A stretch of 61,532 nucleotides of DNA, the filler included, from Streblomastix strix (lineage: Eukaryota), in assembly GCA_008636045.1 (NCBI GenBank). It is 4 parts of 4 records of this genome, joined end to end, with 100 filler letters (N's around TTAATTAATTAA, not from the genome) between each part and the next. Parts side by side here need not be neighbours in the genome. Positions count along the whole stretch, not along the records: positions 15,419 to 30,723 come from SNRW01001004.1; positions 30,824 to 46,128 come from SNRW01001005.1; 2 more parts are not named here. One strand, written 5' to 3'. The translations under genes and the position numbers were made by a program. Positions 26,150 to 39,310 of the stretch are shown in pieces (position 1 is the first letter of the stretch; each line of letters begins with the position of its first letter). The notes under the pieces were generated by a model. The model did not search any database. It had not been told where the DNA came from and saw nothing but the letters and a program-made list of their open reading frames with translations.

Positions 26150-27790
26150 ATGATGTCTAATGAAGAGGATCAATTATTCATAGATAATAACAATGCATTA
26201 GTCTATGCAGCTAATAATTAAATCATTTATGGAATGACTTCAGATTATACATTAAAATAGAATCTAATGGACGGCTAACGATAAAGAAATTTTAAATGAT
26301 TAATTTTAATTTTGTTGCTTAAATTAATTAGTTGATTAATTAAGTGAATTTATTATAACAATCAATTGGAACAACTGAATAGGATATCACTGATATAAAA
26401 AATGATATTGACACTATTAATCAAGATCTATCACGATAAACACATTTCCGAGGATTTTATTTATTGAATAATGATATTACAAATTTACCTAATTTCGTTA
26501 ATAGTGGTTTTTCTATTAGTGCTGAAAGTGTTACAGCATGAATGTATGATTAAAATTGGTATATTAGAGGAGATATAGTTCCAGATCAAATAACTCCAGC
26601 AAGTGATGCAACTCCATTATCTGATGGTACAGCAACTGCAAGAATTAGCACAGAATATTCACGTGGTGATCATGTACTTCCATCAAATATAACAACTTCT
26701 ATACCAGCTAGTGATTTTGCAAGTGGATCTACCGATGCAACTTATTATTATGCAAGAAACGATCATTCTCATCCTCCCATTATGACAACATCAATACTTC
26801 CACAAGGTAGTGCGAGTGGATCAATTGGTACAACAAATTTTTAAATTAGAAATGATCATTCTCATCCAATTAATATAGAAACTAATGCTTCAAATATCCC
26901 AATCGTTAATGGTGTTGGTTCTAATGGAACATCTGCTTTTTACACTAGAAATGATCAAGTTCATCTATAATAATAGACATATGATGGAAATCTAACAGCG
27001 GCTAAATTCATTAAAACAGGCTGAACAAACAAGAAAATAACAGATTTTAATACAAGAGTAGTTCAAAGATATTACTAAAATGATCCAGTTGATTCAAAAT
27101 TTAGGTAATGTCTTGCTGTATTAACAACACCTAATTATTCAACTAGTGGTTCATTTGGATGTTCTATAGATATTAACAAAACATTTATTTATGATTTACA
27201 TTATCAACTTAAGTGGAATCTTAGAATATAGAACGGATATGATAGGAGATTTGAAATAACAAAATTTGGTAAAATATAAACTGATTTTATGATATGGGCT
27301 AATATACCTGAAACATCACTCATTTTGAGATACTATAAGATAATATTAACTAATATAATAAAACAACTGATACATTACCTAATGATACATAATTTGTAAG
27401 TAAGGCCAGATAAAATCAATTAATAAGCCAATGTGGCTTAATTTATGGATTGTGATCCAATTTCAACTACTGGTGTTATTGCTAATTATTGGTCATTATT
27501 TAGAAGAACTGATGGCGCATTAGTTATTACACTAACTGCTAATAAAAATAATTGGAGTAAAGGATTGTTAATAAGCGCTGATGGAAACATATTAACATTT
27601 AACAGATCAGTTATAGCAGGAATTGGTACAAATAACGGAGCCACAAATGGGACAATTAATTATTCTGCAGGCAATCCAATCTTATAGGGTGTAAATAGAG
27701 TTGGAACAGAAGGTGGATTCTATAGTAATGGAGCTAATGCATTCTGGAGTCCATGCATTACAATTTGATCCGTACTACTAAAAACAATGA
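26150..27790 (+). pseudogene. Tail-fibre-like protein with four RxDHxH-type repeats
   Basis: YSRGDHVLP, YARNDHSHP, QIRNDHSHP, YTRNDQVH, then LTAAKFIKTG and GLLISADGNILTFN...YSAGNPILQGVN. In-frame TGAs near 26539 and 27022. Confidence 0.65.
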
Positions 27791-27837
27791 AGATCTTCGA
27801 TCCACCAAGTTATGCTTGGATGTTTACTTTTGCAAAA

Positions 27838-28296
27838 ATGGAAAAACAATAATCGTAACCAATCAAACAATTATTCAATAAATTAGACAAATCACACTTC
27901 GAGGATAATGATACAATTAAAGTTACAATTGAAGCGTTACAAAATTTGTTAAAGAATGATGCAAAAGAATCAATTCATCCACTACCCTAAGAATTATTGA
28001 AAATCAATAAAATGTTCACTAATCAATAGTAATAATTATAATATATATAGAAAATAGTAGATGAAAAAGATTATAAAAATGAGTTATTTAATAAATAAGA
28101 TAAATACTTCAATAATAAATACCTATTAATTCAAAAATCTTTAGATCTAAACAATTAATCATAACAAATATAGAAGTAAATTATCTTTGAAGCTTGTGAA
28201 GAAGAAAAATAGATTTATAATTAATTTGTGAATGATGAGCAATACAGTAACTTTGTCAATTACTATCTGCTTAATTTAGAACAATAAGATTGTTGA
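27838..28296 (+). CDS. Hypothetical protein of the endogenous virus (152 aa)
   Basis: ATG 27838 to TGA 28294-28296 is open with TAR=Gln (MEKQQSQPIKQLFNKLDKSHFEDND...). Confidence 0.6.
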
Positions 28297-28914
28297 TATA
28301 TTATATGTATCTGATTATCTCTTCAATTTTATCTTACATTGGTTCTATAAAACAATAATGTTATTTGAATTATTTATACAATTATTTTTCCTTTATTGAT
28401 AGATCATTAATCTCAATTAATGCTTCAAATATATTGAAATTCTCATGCTCAGATGCATTATACTATAATCCAATACTTCTAGCTAATTAGTAAAGCTATT
28501 CCATTTCATTTGATTCAAACAATTTATTTATTGGGATTATTTAACATTTAAAGATACAAGATATATCTCCAATAAGTTGTTAATTCCAAATCTTTATTTG
28601 ATATTGCTTCGTTCAAAAATGTTTCGATTTATTCTACAGATAACTATGACTAATGTATACGTGGCTAATTTTTATCCATTTTTCTTTTGTAAAAGAATTA
28701 TATAATGTAAATCGTTATAATTAATGGAACCAATACTATATCAAAATAACTCCATAATGTTTTTATTACATTAACTGTATCTATTAATTTATCAAAAATT
28801 GATACAGATATAACTGATATAATAAAATTAATACAATAAAACATGTAATTTATTATTCTCATGATTATCGATAGAATACTGCTTTAGTTTGGAGTTATTT
28901 TATTAATTTTGAAA

Positions 28915-29931
28915 ATGACTTTATAAGAATTATTAGATATAACATTTACGAACTAAGATCCATTGAATGAATATAAAACTAAGCCATTAACGAAGAATTC
29001 AATATTCCCCATTAATGGAAATCATTATATTGTTGGAGCTGTTGGAAGTGGTAAAACAACATTAATGTGTAAGCTAATTGTGATCTATAATAAAATCATT
29101 GACTCATTCATATTATACTTCTCGAATTGACGTGTGGATGAGACAATGGTATTAAACTTCAATGGTAAAAAATATAATTATCGAATTTAATTTACGGAGA
29201 AGCAATGATATTTCTACCTGAATTTGATGAGATATAATACTGTACTAAAGAGATGTACACTTGGCAAAAAAATGAATGAATAAAAATAATCTTATATTAA
29301 TGATTTCATTAAGTAAATGGAAGAATAAATTTTATAAGTTAATGAGATAAAAATGAATGGAAAACCTAATGATTATCTTAATCGAATTGCTGAACTATTC
29401 AAATAAAAAGTAATCGAAACCATTCATACTTATAGTAAACTAACCAAGATATTGAGATTCGATGTTCCTGTTCTAATTCAAAACATTTGTTATAAAAAGA
29501 AATTCAAAATAATTGATGAAGATTTAATTGAAATAAAAGTAATGAAAATACCTGTATTAGAAAAAATTTAATTGCCGAACACATTAACGTTATTCGATGT
29601 TATTGGATCTAATGCAGATATTTAACGATTTAGTTCATAATTATCAAAAACAATAACTCATCTCGTTAGTGATTCTCGTCATTCAAAAAATACAATTTTC
29701 TTTATATCCTAACGACCAACTTATTTGTTTAAAACAGCTAGGATATTAACCCATGTAATTTGTTTAGGCGTTAATCTTGGTAAAAGTGATCTAAGATAAG
29801 TATACAATGTAAATACTATATAAAATTAAAATTTTGGTGAGTTTCAATTATTATACAATTCATTAAAGAAATATGAGTTTATTATACTGAATAAGAGATT
29901 AGGCAAATTTGAGATTCTCAAAAATAATTGA
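28915..29931 (+). pseudogene. A32-like (FtsK-HerA superfamily) genome packaging ATPase
   Basis: Walker A HYIVGAVGSGKTT (GAVGSGKT 29035-29058), degenerate Walker B LTLFDV, and DSRHSKNTIFFISQR (RH and SQ motifs). Frameshifts and an in-frame TGA. Confidence 0.85.
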
Positions 29932-29940
29932 AAGAAATCT

Positions 29941-30723
29941 TCAATTGAATTAATAAACTTTAGCAGTTAATCCATACATATATGGATAACAACTTTAGTT
30001 CTCTAGCACTATCATTTTTGTGTGAATTCCTGTGATTCCATTTTTCTCAATTGATAAGTAATTCATTTAATGGTTCATCTATCCTAATCTCATATTAGTG
30101 CATTTCGGTATCTTACCTTCATCAATGCAATAGACAATCTAGTCTATAGTGATTTTGTTAATCTTATAATTAACTCCTTTTAATTTTATTTTTAAATCAT
30201 CGCAATAATTCTTGAATATGATATAATTTTTGGGAGCTAATGCTATCATTGATGGTCTTTGTCATTAGATTGCTAATCTAAGAATTTTTTTCTGATCATA
30301 AACGTGTCTTCTAATTGTAGGGAAGAAATACTTAGCATTTTAATTATAAAAGTTTCGATCTTTAATTACAGTATTAAATAACTAAGTAAAATATTCATAA
30401 GGATTTCCACTAATTGTCCAATAAGATGAATCAGTTTTTCCTTCGATAAAATGTATTCTATCAATATCTAAGCATTTGTATATGAAGTTATATATGAAAT
30501 TTAGATACCAATATTTAGCATTATCCAATACAAAGAATGCAACTTAGAAAGGAGTTATACAACTATAACGTTCAAGATTCATTTATGCAATATAACCATC
30601 TTCAGATATCTTTTGTTTGTCCATGAATGCATTATGTCTAATTGCTTTTTCAGTTCATTTTTAATTCATTATTTTTACTTTATGATATTTCTCTAAATTC
30701 ATTCTATCACTACCATAAGAACT
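29941..30723 (-). pseudogene. Protein-primed-type family B DNA polymerase, C-terminal part
   Basis: SSYG (motif B end), QVAFFVLDNAKYWYLNFIY, HFIEGKTDS (DTDS mutated), IALAPKNY, ending YPYMYGL. In-frame TGA; truncated by the contig end. Confidence 0.85.
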
Positions 30724-30823
30724 NNNNNNNNNNNNNNNNNNNNNNNNNNNNNNNNNNNNNNNNNNNNTTAATTAATTAANNNNNNNNNNNNNNNNNNNNN
30801 NNNNNNNNNNNNNNNNNNNNNNN
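30724..30823. other. Artificial contig-joining linker
   Basis: N44-TTAATTAATTAA-N44. Confidence 0.97.
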
Positions 30824-31281
30824 ACAAAGTTAGTAACATATTTTCAATTAGTGCTATCAAAGAGTGCTGCCAACAGAAACTTTAAATCGTTTCTACTACA
30901 CAGAAGGGCCTTATTACTGATAATATCTTTAGTAACAATTAACTTGATCCAATCATTAATGCAATCTAACCTCTTGTTAATGCAAAAATTCAAGATTAAA
31001 TGGGAGCATTTTTAATTCAACCACCACAGCTTGTTATTCTTGTTGTACCTGATGAAGATAAATATATCAGACAAAACCCAAATGCACAGATTCAAGTATT
31101 AAAACAGCATTATAATCATCCTACGACTCTATCATCCAAATTAGCTAAAAACAATAAACTAATCCAATATTTTTATCCATTCTATAAGATTATTAGAAAA
31201 TTTTATAAGAAATATAAAAGATAAATAAAAATGAAACCGATTGTTGACTTTATAGAGAAATTTCAATAAAAATATAATTGA
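30824..31281 (+). CDS. Partial hypothetical protein (possibly a pseudogene)
   Basis: Frame open with TAR=Gln through ORF-track 31000..31224 to TGA 31279-31281. No recognisable motif. Confidence 0.3.
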
Positions 31282-31442
31282 ATTCATTGAGAAAAACATT
31301 ATTTGGTATCATTCAAGTAGCATATATTGGTCCAAAGAGAAAAATTAATTAAAAATGAGCAATTTAGAGAAAAATTAAAGAAATAAAACAAATCACAATT
31401 TAAAGATCGGTGTTATTAATTATTGTTTATTAAGTTGTTTAA

Positions 31443-34400
31443 TCACTCTTTGCTACTCTTAATCAATACACTCTTAGAGAAAAAACGGGGAGAAATATAT
31501 ATGAATGTGCATGAAGTGATTTACAAGACAAATTTCAATAATTTTGAACCTGCATCAAAAAATATTAATATAAACATTGAAATAAATTAATAATTTAATA
31601 ATTTCCAATATAAAACATTAAATTAATAATACTTATCCTTATCTGAAAATGTCTTTAGCCATCCTCTTGTTGGTAATATGGATTATATTCAATTATATTA
31701 TTATGATGAGATAGAAGAAGAAAACAAGAATTAGAAATTAAAAAATTAGATGCTGCTTATTTATTCTAATATAATTGAAGTAAGATCAATAATAACTATA
31801 TGGAAATCATTACTAATTTGGTGAATAAGAATTAAATGAAGTAGGAGTTGATGATGTGGATTAATCAGATGAAAAGTTATGTCTGTGTCTATTCCTTTGT
31901 GGTCTTCTTGGATTTTATGGTTACATTGAAGTTAATTATTGGTTATTATATTAAATTGATTATTAATGTTATTATCCTCTTGAATGAGATTAATTAATTA
32001 ATTATGATGTTGAAGGAGTTTGAACATGTATTTCTCTGATTGGTTCAACAGTTGAATGAATAATATTTGATTATTGAGAACTTGCAGAATTTTAAGAATT
32101 TGAATCTGATAATGATGTAATTGATTATTATTGAACTGTAGAAGGAACAAAGTATTATTATTATTTTATTTATTATGTTGAACTTTATTATGGATTATTA
32201 TCCCATCTATTATCCTCCATTTGATTATTAGTCTGATTATTTACGTCTGGAGGTGTAACTGATTATTCATCTTCTCCTCTTCTAAAACCATTCTAATATA
32301 AAAACATAAAATAATGAAAAGAATTTAAATATATTAAAATTATATTCTAATTACCTTTTTTCTAACTAAGTGTACTATCACACAAATTGAGATAATGAGT
32401 GCAATAACAGAAATAGAAGCAATTGCAATTAATGCTATAAATAAAATAGATAATCCTACTTTTTTGTTTTAATCTTCTTCTTTATCAATTTATGGTAAAT
32501 CATGATCCTTCTCTTCATCTAATCCAGTTTAAGATTTAACATTGCATTCAGATCTAGGATCATTAATATCAAGACATTTGCATTCATTCACTGGTGTAGT
32601 TTCATTTGGAATACAAGCTGGTTTGCATTCAGATCTAGGATCATTAATATCAAGACATCTGCATTCATTCACTGGTGTAGTTTCATTTGGAATACAAGCT
32701 GGTTTGCATTCAGATCTAGGATCATTAATATCAAGACATCTGCATTCATTCACTGGTGTAGTTTCATTTGGAATACAAGCTGNNNNNNNNNNCATCTGCA
32801 TTCATTCACTGGTGTAGTTTCATTTGGAATACAAGCTGGTTTGCATTCAGATCTAGGATCATTAATATCAAGACATCTGCATTCATTCACTGGTGTAGTT
32901 TCATTTGGAATACAAGCTGCTTTGCATGCTTCTCGAGGATCATTATTTGCGAGACATGGATTATCTTCATTCACTGGTGTATCTTTTGTAGGAATACTTA
33001 TAGTCTTGCATGCTTCTCTTGGATCATTATGAACAAGACATTAATTATCATCATTCACTGGTGTATCTGCTGTAGGAGAACTTTTTGTCATGCATGCTTC
33101 TCTTGGATCTCCAATAAGAAAACATGGACAAAATTCGTTTATCTAAGAATCCTTTGTTGGAATACATATTAATTTACATGCAGCTCTTGGATCATTCACT
33201 AATATACATCCACATTCGCTTATTGGTGTATTTATTGATGGAACACATTTTTATTAACATTATTAATCTTTATCTTCATCTTCAAAATATTCACATTATT
33301 CTGGTTTAATATTCAATTCTCCTCCACATGGAATTTATCCACATTATTCTGTTCCATTTCTTGTTACACAATCTAAATATGGAGCAAAGTTTGATGAAAA
33401 TCCTTTAATCTTTATATCTCCAATTGTGTTTAATTATTAGTTTTATTCATATTTATATCCTTTTGCTACTTGAACAATTCCACCTGCTTAATCAAGAAGT
33501 TCTTTTGATGAAAAGAAAATGTCTGTTGTTACTAAGCATTTCGTTTATTCAATATTAATATTAGAGAAAGTATTATTCCTTGCATTGATTGGCTTCATAT
33601 TTTCTCCAAATAAGATTCCACCTGCTTTTAATCCAATACAATTTCCGAACTGATTATTTGTTATTGAAACTTCTCCATAATTATTATTCACAATTTCTCC
33701 ATTGAACCAACATGCTCCAACAATAGAATTATCATTTCCACAATTATCAAAGCTGCATTTATCAATGATTATATTTAATCTTAAATTTAATTCTGATTAA
33801 TTTGAGATTGATTATATTGCTCCACTTGATCCACCAATGCATCCAGTGAATTGACATTAATTGAATGAAATTGTTGATTGAATTGTTTATTCATCTGAAA
33901 GTTAATTAATTAATGAATCACTACTTTTGAGAATAATACAAACAGCACCAGTTGAATGTTGAATATCAGAACTTGAATCAGTACAATGAATGAAAATACA
34001 ATCAGTGAATTCAACTTCTGTTTTCTCTCCCATCTCAATAACAGCTCCAGATGCTTTCTATTCTCCATTTGTGATTATTGAGTGAAGATTGGAGAATATT
34101 GTTTATGTAAATTTAATATTGGTGCATTGAGATGAAGTTTGAATAGCTGGTTATCCTAGATTGGTTTATAAAGAAGTTCCAAATGAACAAGAATTGATTT
34201 CTAATTAACTTTTGATTGCTTATACAAATGGTGAAGTTGTACTGATGTTATTTGATAATTTGAAAGAAGAATATTCAATTAATAATAAAGCTAATCCTTC
34301 TTATTTCACTGTTCCTGCTCCAACGAATTCAATATTTATTAATGTAAGTTATACTTTATTGCTCTATTGAATAACAAAGAATCCAGAATCAGCAATCATT

Positions 34401-37341
34401 ACAACATTCATTAGAGTTGTTGGAGTAATTGAATCTGAAGTTAATGTAATAATTGCTCCACTTGAATCTCCAGATCTTCTTCTCATTTATGTTTCATTGC
34501 CTTAAATTGATTTGATTTCAATTGATTTCCAAATTGAATTATAATCTATTATTATACTTTCATTATGTTGCATTCCAATAAGATTGAAGATTAATTATGA
34601 ATTTCTTTTTGATTATTGAATCGTAGATTGAATTGTCTTCAATGGATTCTATTCATCTATTCCACTTTCATTACCAAATGTTGAACTTTGATTAATATAA
34701 TAAATATATTCTGGTTTTGAAAGATTGAGATAACCATTTCCTATACCTCCAACAGTATATTATAGACTATTATAACTATATGATGTACTTCCTTCCATTA
34801 CTGAATTAATATTAGATTGGACATTTGATGAGGTCCATCCAGGTGGTTATGATTAATAATTTTATTGAACATCATTTCCAAATTAATTAACATCGTTATT
34901 TGAATTGTGGAAAAATTCATTATTGAAGATTTGATGATTGGACGAATAAGATTATGCTATTATTCCACCAGTTATTATTCCTTTGCAAAAATGAAATTTG
35001 TTATTATTAATTATAAATTTTGATGAATAATCATTTTATTTAAAAGAACCTGAATTTAATGCTGCATTATGAAATTTACTAACTGTAGAACAATTATCAA
35101 ATGTACAATCAGTCACAAAAAAAGACAAATTTGCATTCCATGAAAGAGTATGAACAATACCATAAGTAGTAGATTATATAGATTTTAGGTTTAAGAATTT
35201 GCAATTTTATGCAACAAATTCACTATTAGCTTGAGTTCTATTAAATAAAACTACTGCTTATTTAACATTTGCATTTTAGAAGATTGAATCAATTAAAATC
35301 ATTCTTTTACCATATTATGAATCAATTATATTCCAAACAAGATTACCATCTGCTCCAAGTCCATTAAATACACAAGAAATAACTGTTAGAGCATTATTGG
35401 TACTATTAATATAAATTATATCGTTGGTAGGTCGAACTGATCCACTTACAATTGAGAAGTTGAATTGAATAGATTCAAGTGTGAGATCACCAGTACGATA
35501 GAATATAATGGTATTATAACTTGCTGTTGTTGATATCCAAGTTACTTTCCGTCTTGTTCCATTTTCCACATCACCAAGTCCACTTTTAATAGTAAGGGGA
35601 TTTGCAAATGAAACATCATATAGTGATTCATCCCATATTTCATCAAGAATGTAGATTGTCCTTGCTGTATTGACTGGTTTTGTTTAATAATTGAGTTTAG
35701 GGAATGAATCTTTAATCTTTAAATGTGGTTTTGATCTTGATCCATCTCTTGTTCCACTGACTGTTTTGTTTGATACAAATATTATTCCTGGGAAATGATT
35801 CAGATTGAATAATGATTCTTGACCTCCATTAACTGTTCTTATATGAGTTTGAACACTATCAGAATAAGATGTATTGAAATTACTGATATTCAATTCACTT
35901 TGACTGTTTGTTGACCTGATCCAAATATCATTTACTTCAGTTCCACTGTTCTCATTGAAGAAACTATCAACCATATTTATTGTACATTTTGATCCAACAT
36001 CCATAACAATTGCACCTCCATATCCATTTCCTTTATTATTTGTAATGATGCATTCTGTCAATCTAATTGTTCTTACTGCACTTCTATCAGATGATTATGA
36101 TTGAAATGTGATTGCATTACCTGATACTTGACTCAATCCACTATATCTACAATCAGAGAAAACGCAATATTCAGCATTGATTTAGAATCCATTCTAACTT
36201 GACACGTAAGCATGAATGCATGTACTCAATTATCCTACAGAGTTTGTTCTTAGATTTGCGAAATTGCACCAAATTAAACTTATTTCAGATGCTTGTTGCT
36301 CATTAATTGTGATTGCATTACCTTTTCCAGTGAATGTTGAATCAATGAAGTCTGTGTATGAAATACTGATTTTTGATGAAACTATCTTAATGAAATGTCC
36401 AGATATTGGATTCTTCACATCTAATCCAGAGAATATTGTTCTTTTACTTGCAATTCCTTTGATTATCAACTGTGTGCAAGTTGGAGTTGTAATTGATACA
36501 GCAGCTGACCCAGAATTGAATTTGTTCTCAATGAATTCACATCCATCAATTGTGCATTAAGTAACAGTTCCACAACAAACAATACATCCACTTCTATCTC
36601 CTTTGAATGATCCTTTCTTGAATGTTGAACTGACAATATTAACAGATCCTTTTGTAGCAAATATGAATGGATCAATTGGAACATTCAATCCATCTCCAAT
36701 AAACTCATCAGATTAAATATTCAATACTCCAACTGTATCGTGAATGATTGTACCACCTCCAGCTAAAAGACTGTCTTATAGTAAAATTGACTTACCTCCA
36801 TCAGATCTAATTATGCCACCATTCCATTCTGTCATCTCAATATTCTATACTATTATATCTCCATTTGATGTAGAATCAACTGTTATGATGAAGTTCATTT
36901 CACCATCAGTTTCTTTCAATCCGGATATTTTTGTCTTTTTTTCATCAGCCAAACTAATTCCCTGTGAATAAAAATTATATATGAATATTATTTAAAGAAC
37001 AATTAATTAATATTCTAATAAATAAGATAATAATTTATATTTTTATTAAAATTTCAAACTGAAATTTTGATAGACGTGTTTTTCGTTATATGAATCGTTT
37101 CTAAATTTTCAGAGTCATTCAAAATAATGTCAAATGAATCGCATAGTGAATATTCTAAAGCGTATGTCATGTTTGGAGATCTCATACTGGAAATATCATC
37201 TGATGAAAAGCTTTTGCTCGTCTGCCATGCACATGGTGCATTTGTCTGGTTTTGCGATGAAACAGGAACTAATTCCTAAGAATATGATTATGTTGATGCA
37301 CAGTCAGCAATAATGAATGCAAATAAAAGCAAAAAGTCCAT
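31443..37341 (-). CDS. Large type I membrane surface protein: signal peptide, pectin-lyase-like beta-helix repeats, Cys-rich stalk, TM helix and Q/S/P-rich tail (3' end uncertain)
   Basis: MDFLLLFAFIIADCAST start; many CxFxxC and GGAI/GAVC motifs; CxPxxxTPxxxCxCxxxxDPR repeats; TM VGLSILFIALIAIASISVIALIISIVIVHLVRKK. GT-AG introns near 36963-37038 and 32294-32354. Confidence 0.8.
32540..33250 (-). repeat. 78-bp coding tandem repeat (CKPACIPNETTPVNECRCLDINDPRSE) with diverged flanking units; copy number unresolved
   Basis: Near-identical units at 32540-32920 are interrupted by an N gap at 32783-32792. Diverged units continue to ~33250. Confidence 0.9.
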
Positions 37342-37983
37342 TTTTGCAAATGTTTGAATAATTTGTGATTCTGATTAATAAAAATATAAAATAAAATAAA
37401 TTATTTTAAAAGGGGAATATTATAAAAGTAAAAATATTAATTAAACACTATTTACAATAATTTTCAAGGCAGAAAAGTCGATGAACCAAAAGTTTTGTTT
37501 TTGATTGAAATTTGAGTTTTTACTTTTAAAGAAATTGTTTGTCTAATTATGTTTAAAATGTAAGTTAAAGTAAAATTTTTAAATATTATATTATAATTTC
37601 CATTGATTGTCGAGAAAAATAGAAATCAATTCAATGTAAGAATTAGAAACTAGTTCGCATCAAAAATGCCGAATTAGCAAAATTTAAATTAATTTTAATC
37701 AGAATATAAATTATTAAAGGATTTAAGCTCATAATACTCGTGTTTGCTGAATCTAAACTTACCGAAGGAAATATCTTACACTTTCCTAAATTTCAAAGTA
37801 AAATTACGATATTTAACTATATTTTCTCAATAATTCTAAATTTAAATATATGTAGCTAATTATAATTTAAAAAAAAGGATAAATAAGGAAATTCTCATCC
37901 AAAATAACTTTATAATATTTATTTTCATATTATTTGATAAATATTTTTTTTATTAATTATGAACTTTAATAGATAATTGCAAT

Positions 37984-38511
37984 ATGGATACTATTGATAG
38001 CTCTACAATTCAAGAAGCAAAAAGTTAAGATTAATTATTATAGTTTGCTGATTCTTGCCACATTGAAACTTAAATTAAGACTTGTAATGGAAGAAACAAG
38101 TAGCAACAATAGATGATAGCCTAGAAACTTGTATAAATTATTTACGATGCTGTTCCTGGAGCTGACAAATTCATAACAATTCCTCAATTCGAACAGTTCC
38201 TATAATAACTTCAACAGAAAGCTGAATTGCATGTTGAAGAAGCAATGAGAGCAGTTATGCTTCTTTAAAGATTCATTGCTAAGCAATAGAAGAAAAATGT
38301 TCGTGTGATTAAAGTGAGTAACTTTGGAACATTGATTATAGTATCATTTATCCTCGCTATGAAATTAAGTCAAGAAAAAACACACAATAATTAATTCTTT
38401 GCTGAGATGTTTGGCATACCTCTTGCACACTTAAACCGATCTGAAATCAGTTTCCTTCGAATTATTGATTTTGAACTATGGGTTGACATTGAAACTTTAA
38501 TCACTCAATGA
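37984..38511 (+). CDS. Cyclin, PHO80/Pcl-like single cyclin box (175 aa)
   Basis: AVMLLQRFIAK...NFGTLIIVSFILAMKLSQEKTHNNQFFAEMFGIPLAHLNRSEISFLRIIDFELWV. Intronless, ATG to TGA. Confidence 0.85.
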
Positions 38512-39310
38512 GATTTATTTCACTTTTCTGAGGTTTTTAATTTATGTTTGATAATTTATTCTTATTTATTTATTATTAAATGATTTACTTGATTTAAATT
38601 TTATGATATAAATGTTTAATTTTATTATTTTTCATTATTTATTTTTCCTCTGTTTTTGACATAAATTATTTTATTAAATTTGCTATTTTTCACTTTATTA
38701 ATTTGACTAAATTAATCATTTCGTAATTTATTTGAAGCTTATTTTTTGTCCATTTTTGTAAATTTCATTTATTTGAATCAAAAAACTGTTATATTATATC
38801 ACACTCATATTTTTTTTTATATACTATTTAAATTTTTTAATTTTTTTATGTAATTTTACTAACGTTCTTCATTTTTCTTTTTTTAGGTTATTTATTTCAA
38901 TTCAACTCATTAATTTTTAACATCATTTTTCAATTTTTGACTTTTCTTTTTTATGAGTGATGAAAAATAAAACAGAAAATTTTATACAAAAAGTTAATAG
39001 TGAAGCAGTAAAGAAATTAAACTTATTTTGAACTTAATTATAAAAGAAAAATCAATCTGGAACATATTGCTCATGCCTTATTTGGTTTATTGTGAACAAA
39101 CTAAGATCATAATTGTCATCTTGAAGCAAGGTCGCTGAACTCTGTTAATGAAAATAACTAAAAATAAAAACATGGATTGATTGATGCTATTAAAAATCTA
39201 AATGAGGTCCTCTACTCGAATGAAACGGGCCTCCTTGTCTTATATGAATGAGCTGACTATATAACTACAGTTGCTAATGTTGCAGTCAACTCGAATGCGT
39301 TTTCTTCTGC

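Larger units (their letters stand above)
20300..30723. mobile_element. Decayed Polinton/Maverick-like endogenous DNA virus (left boundary approximate, right end cut by contig end)
   Basis: Compact, apparently intronless ORF cluster with protein-primed-type PolB, A32-like packaging ATPase, capsid candidate and fibre-like genes. Scattered TGAs and frameshifts. Confidence 0.8.

Noticed and set aside
16400..30723. TGA reassigned to Trp in the mobile elements (several TGAs fall at likely Trp positions)
   Set aside because: The same ORFs have frameshifts and mutated catalytic motifs and use TGG elsewhere, and host genes end in TGA. Decay explains it.
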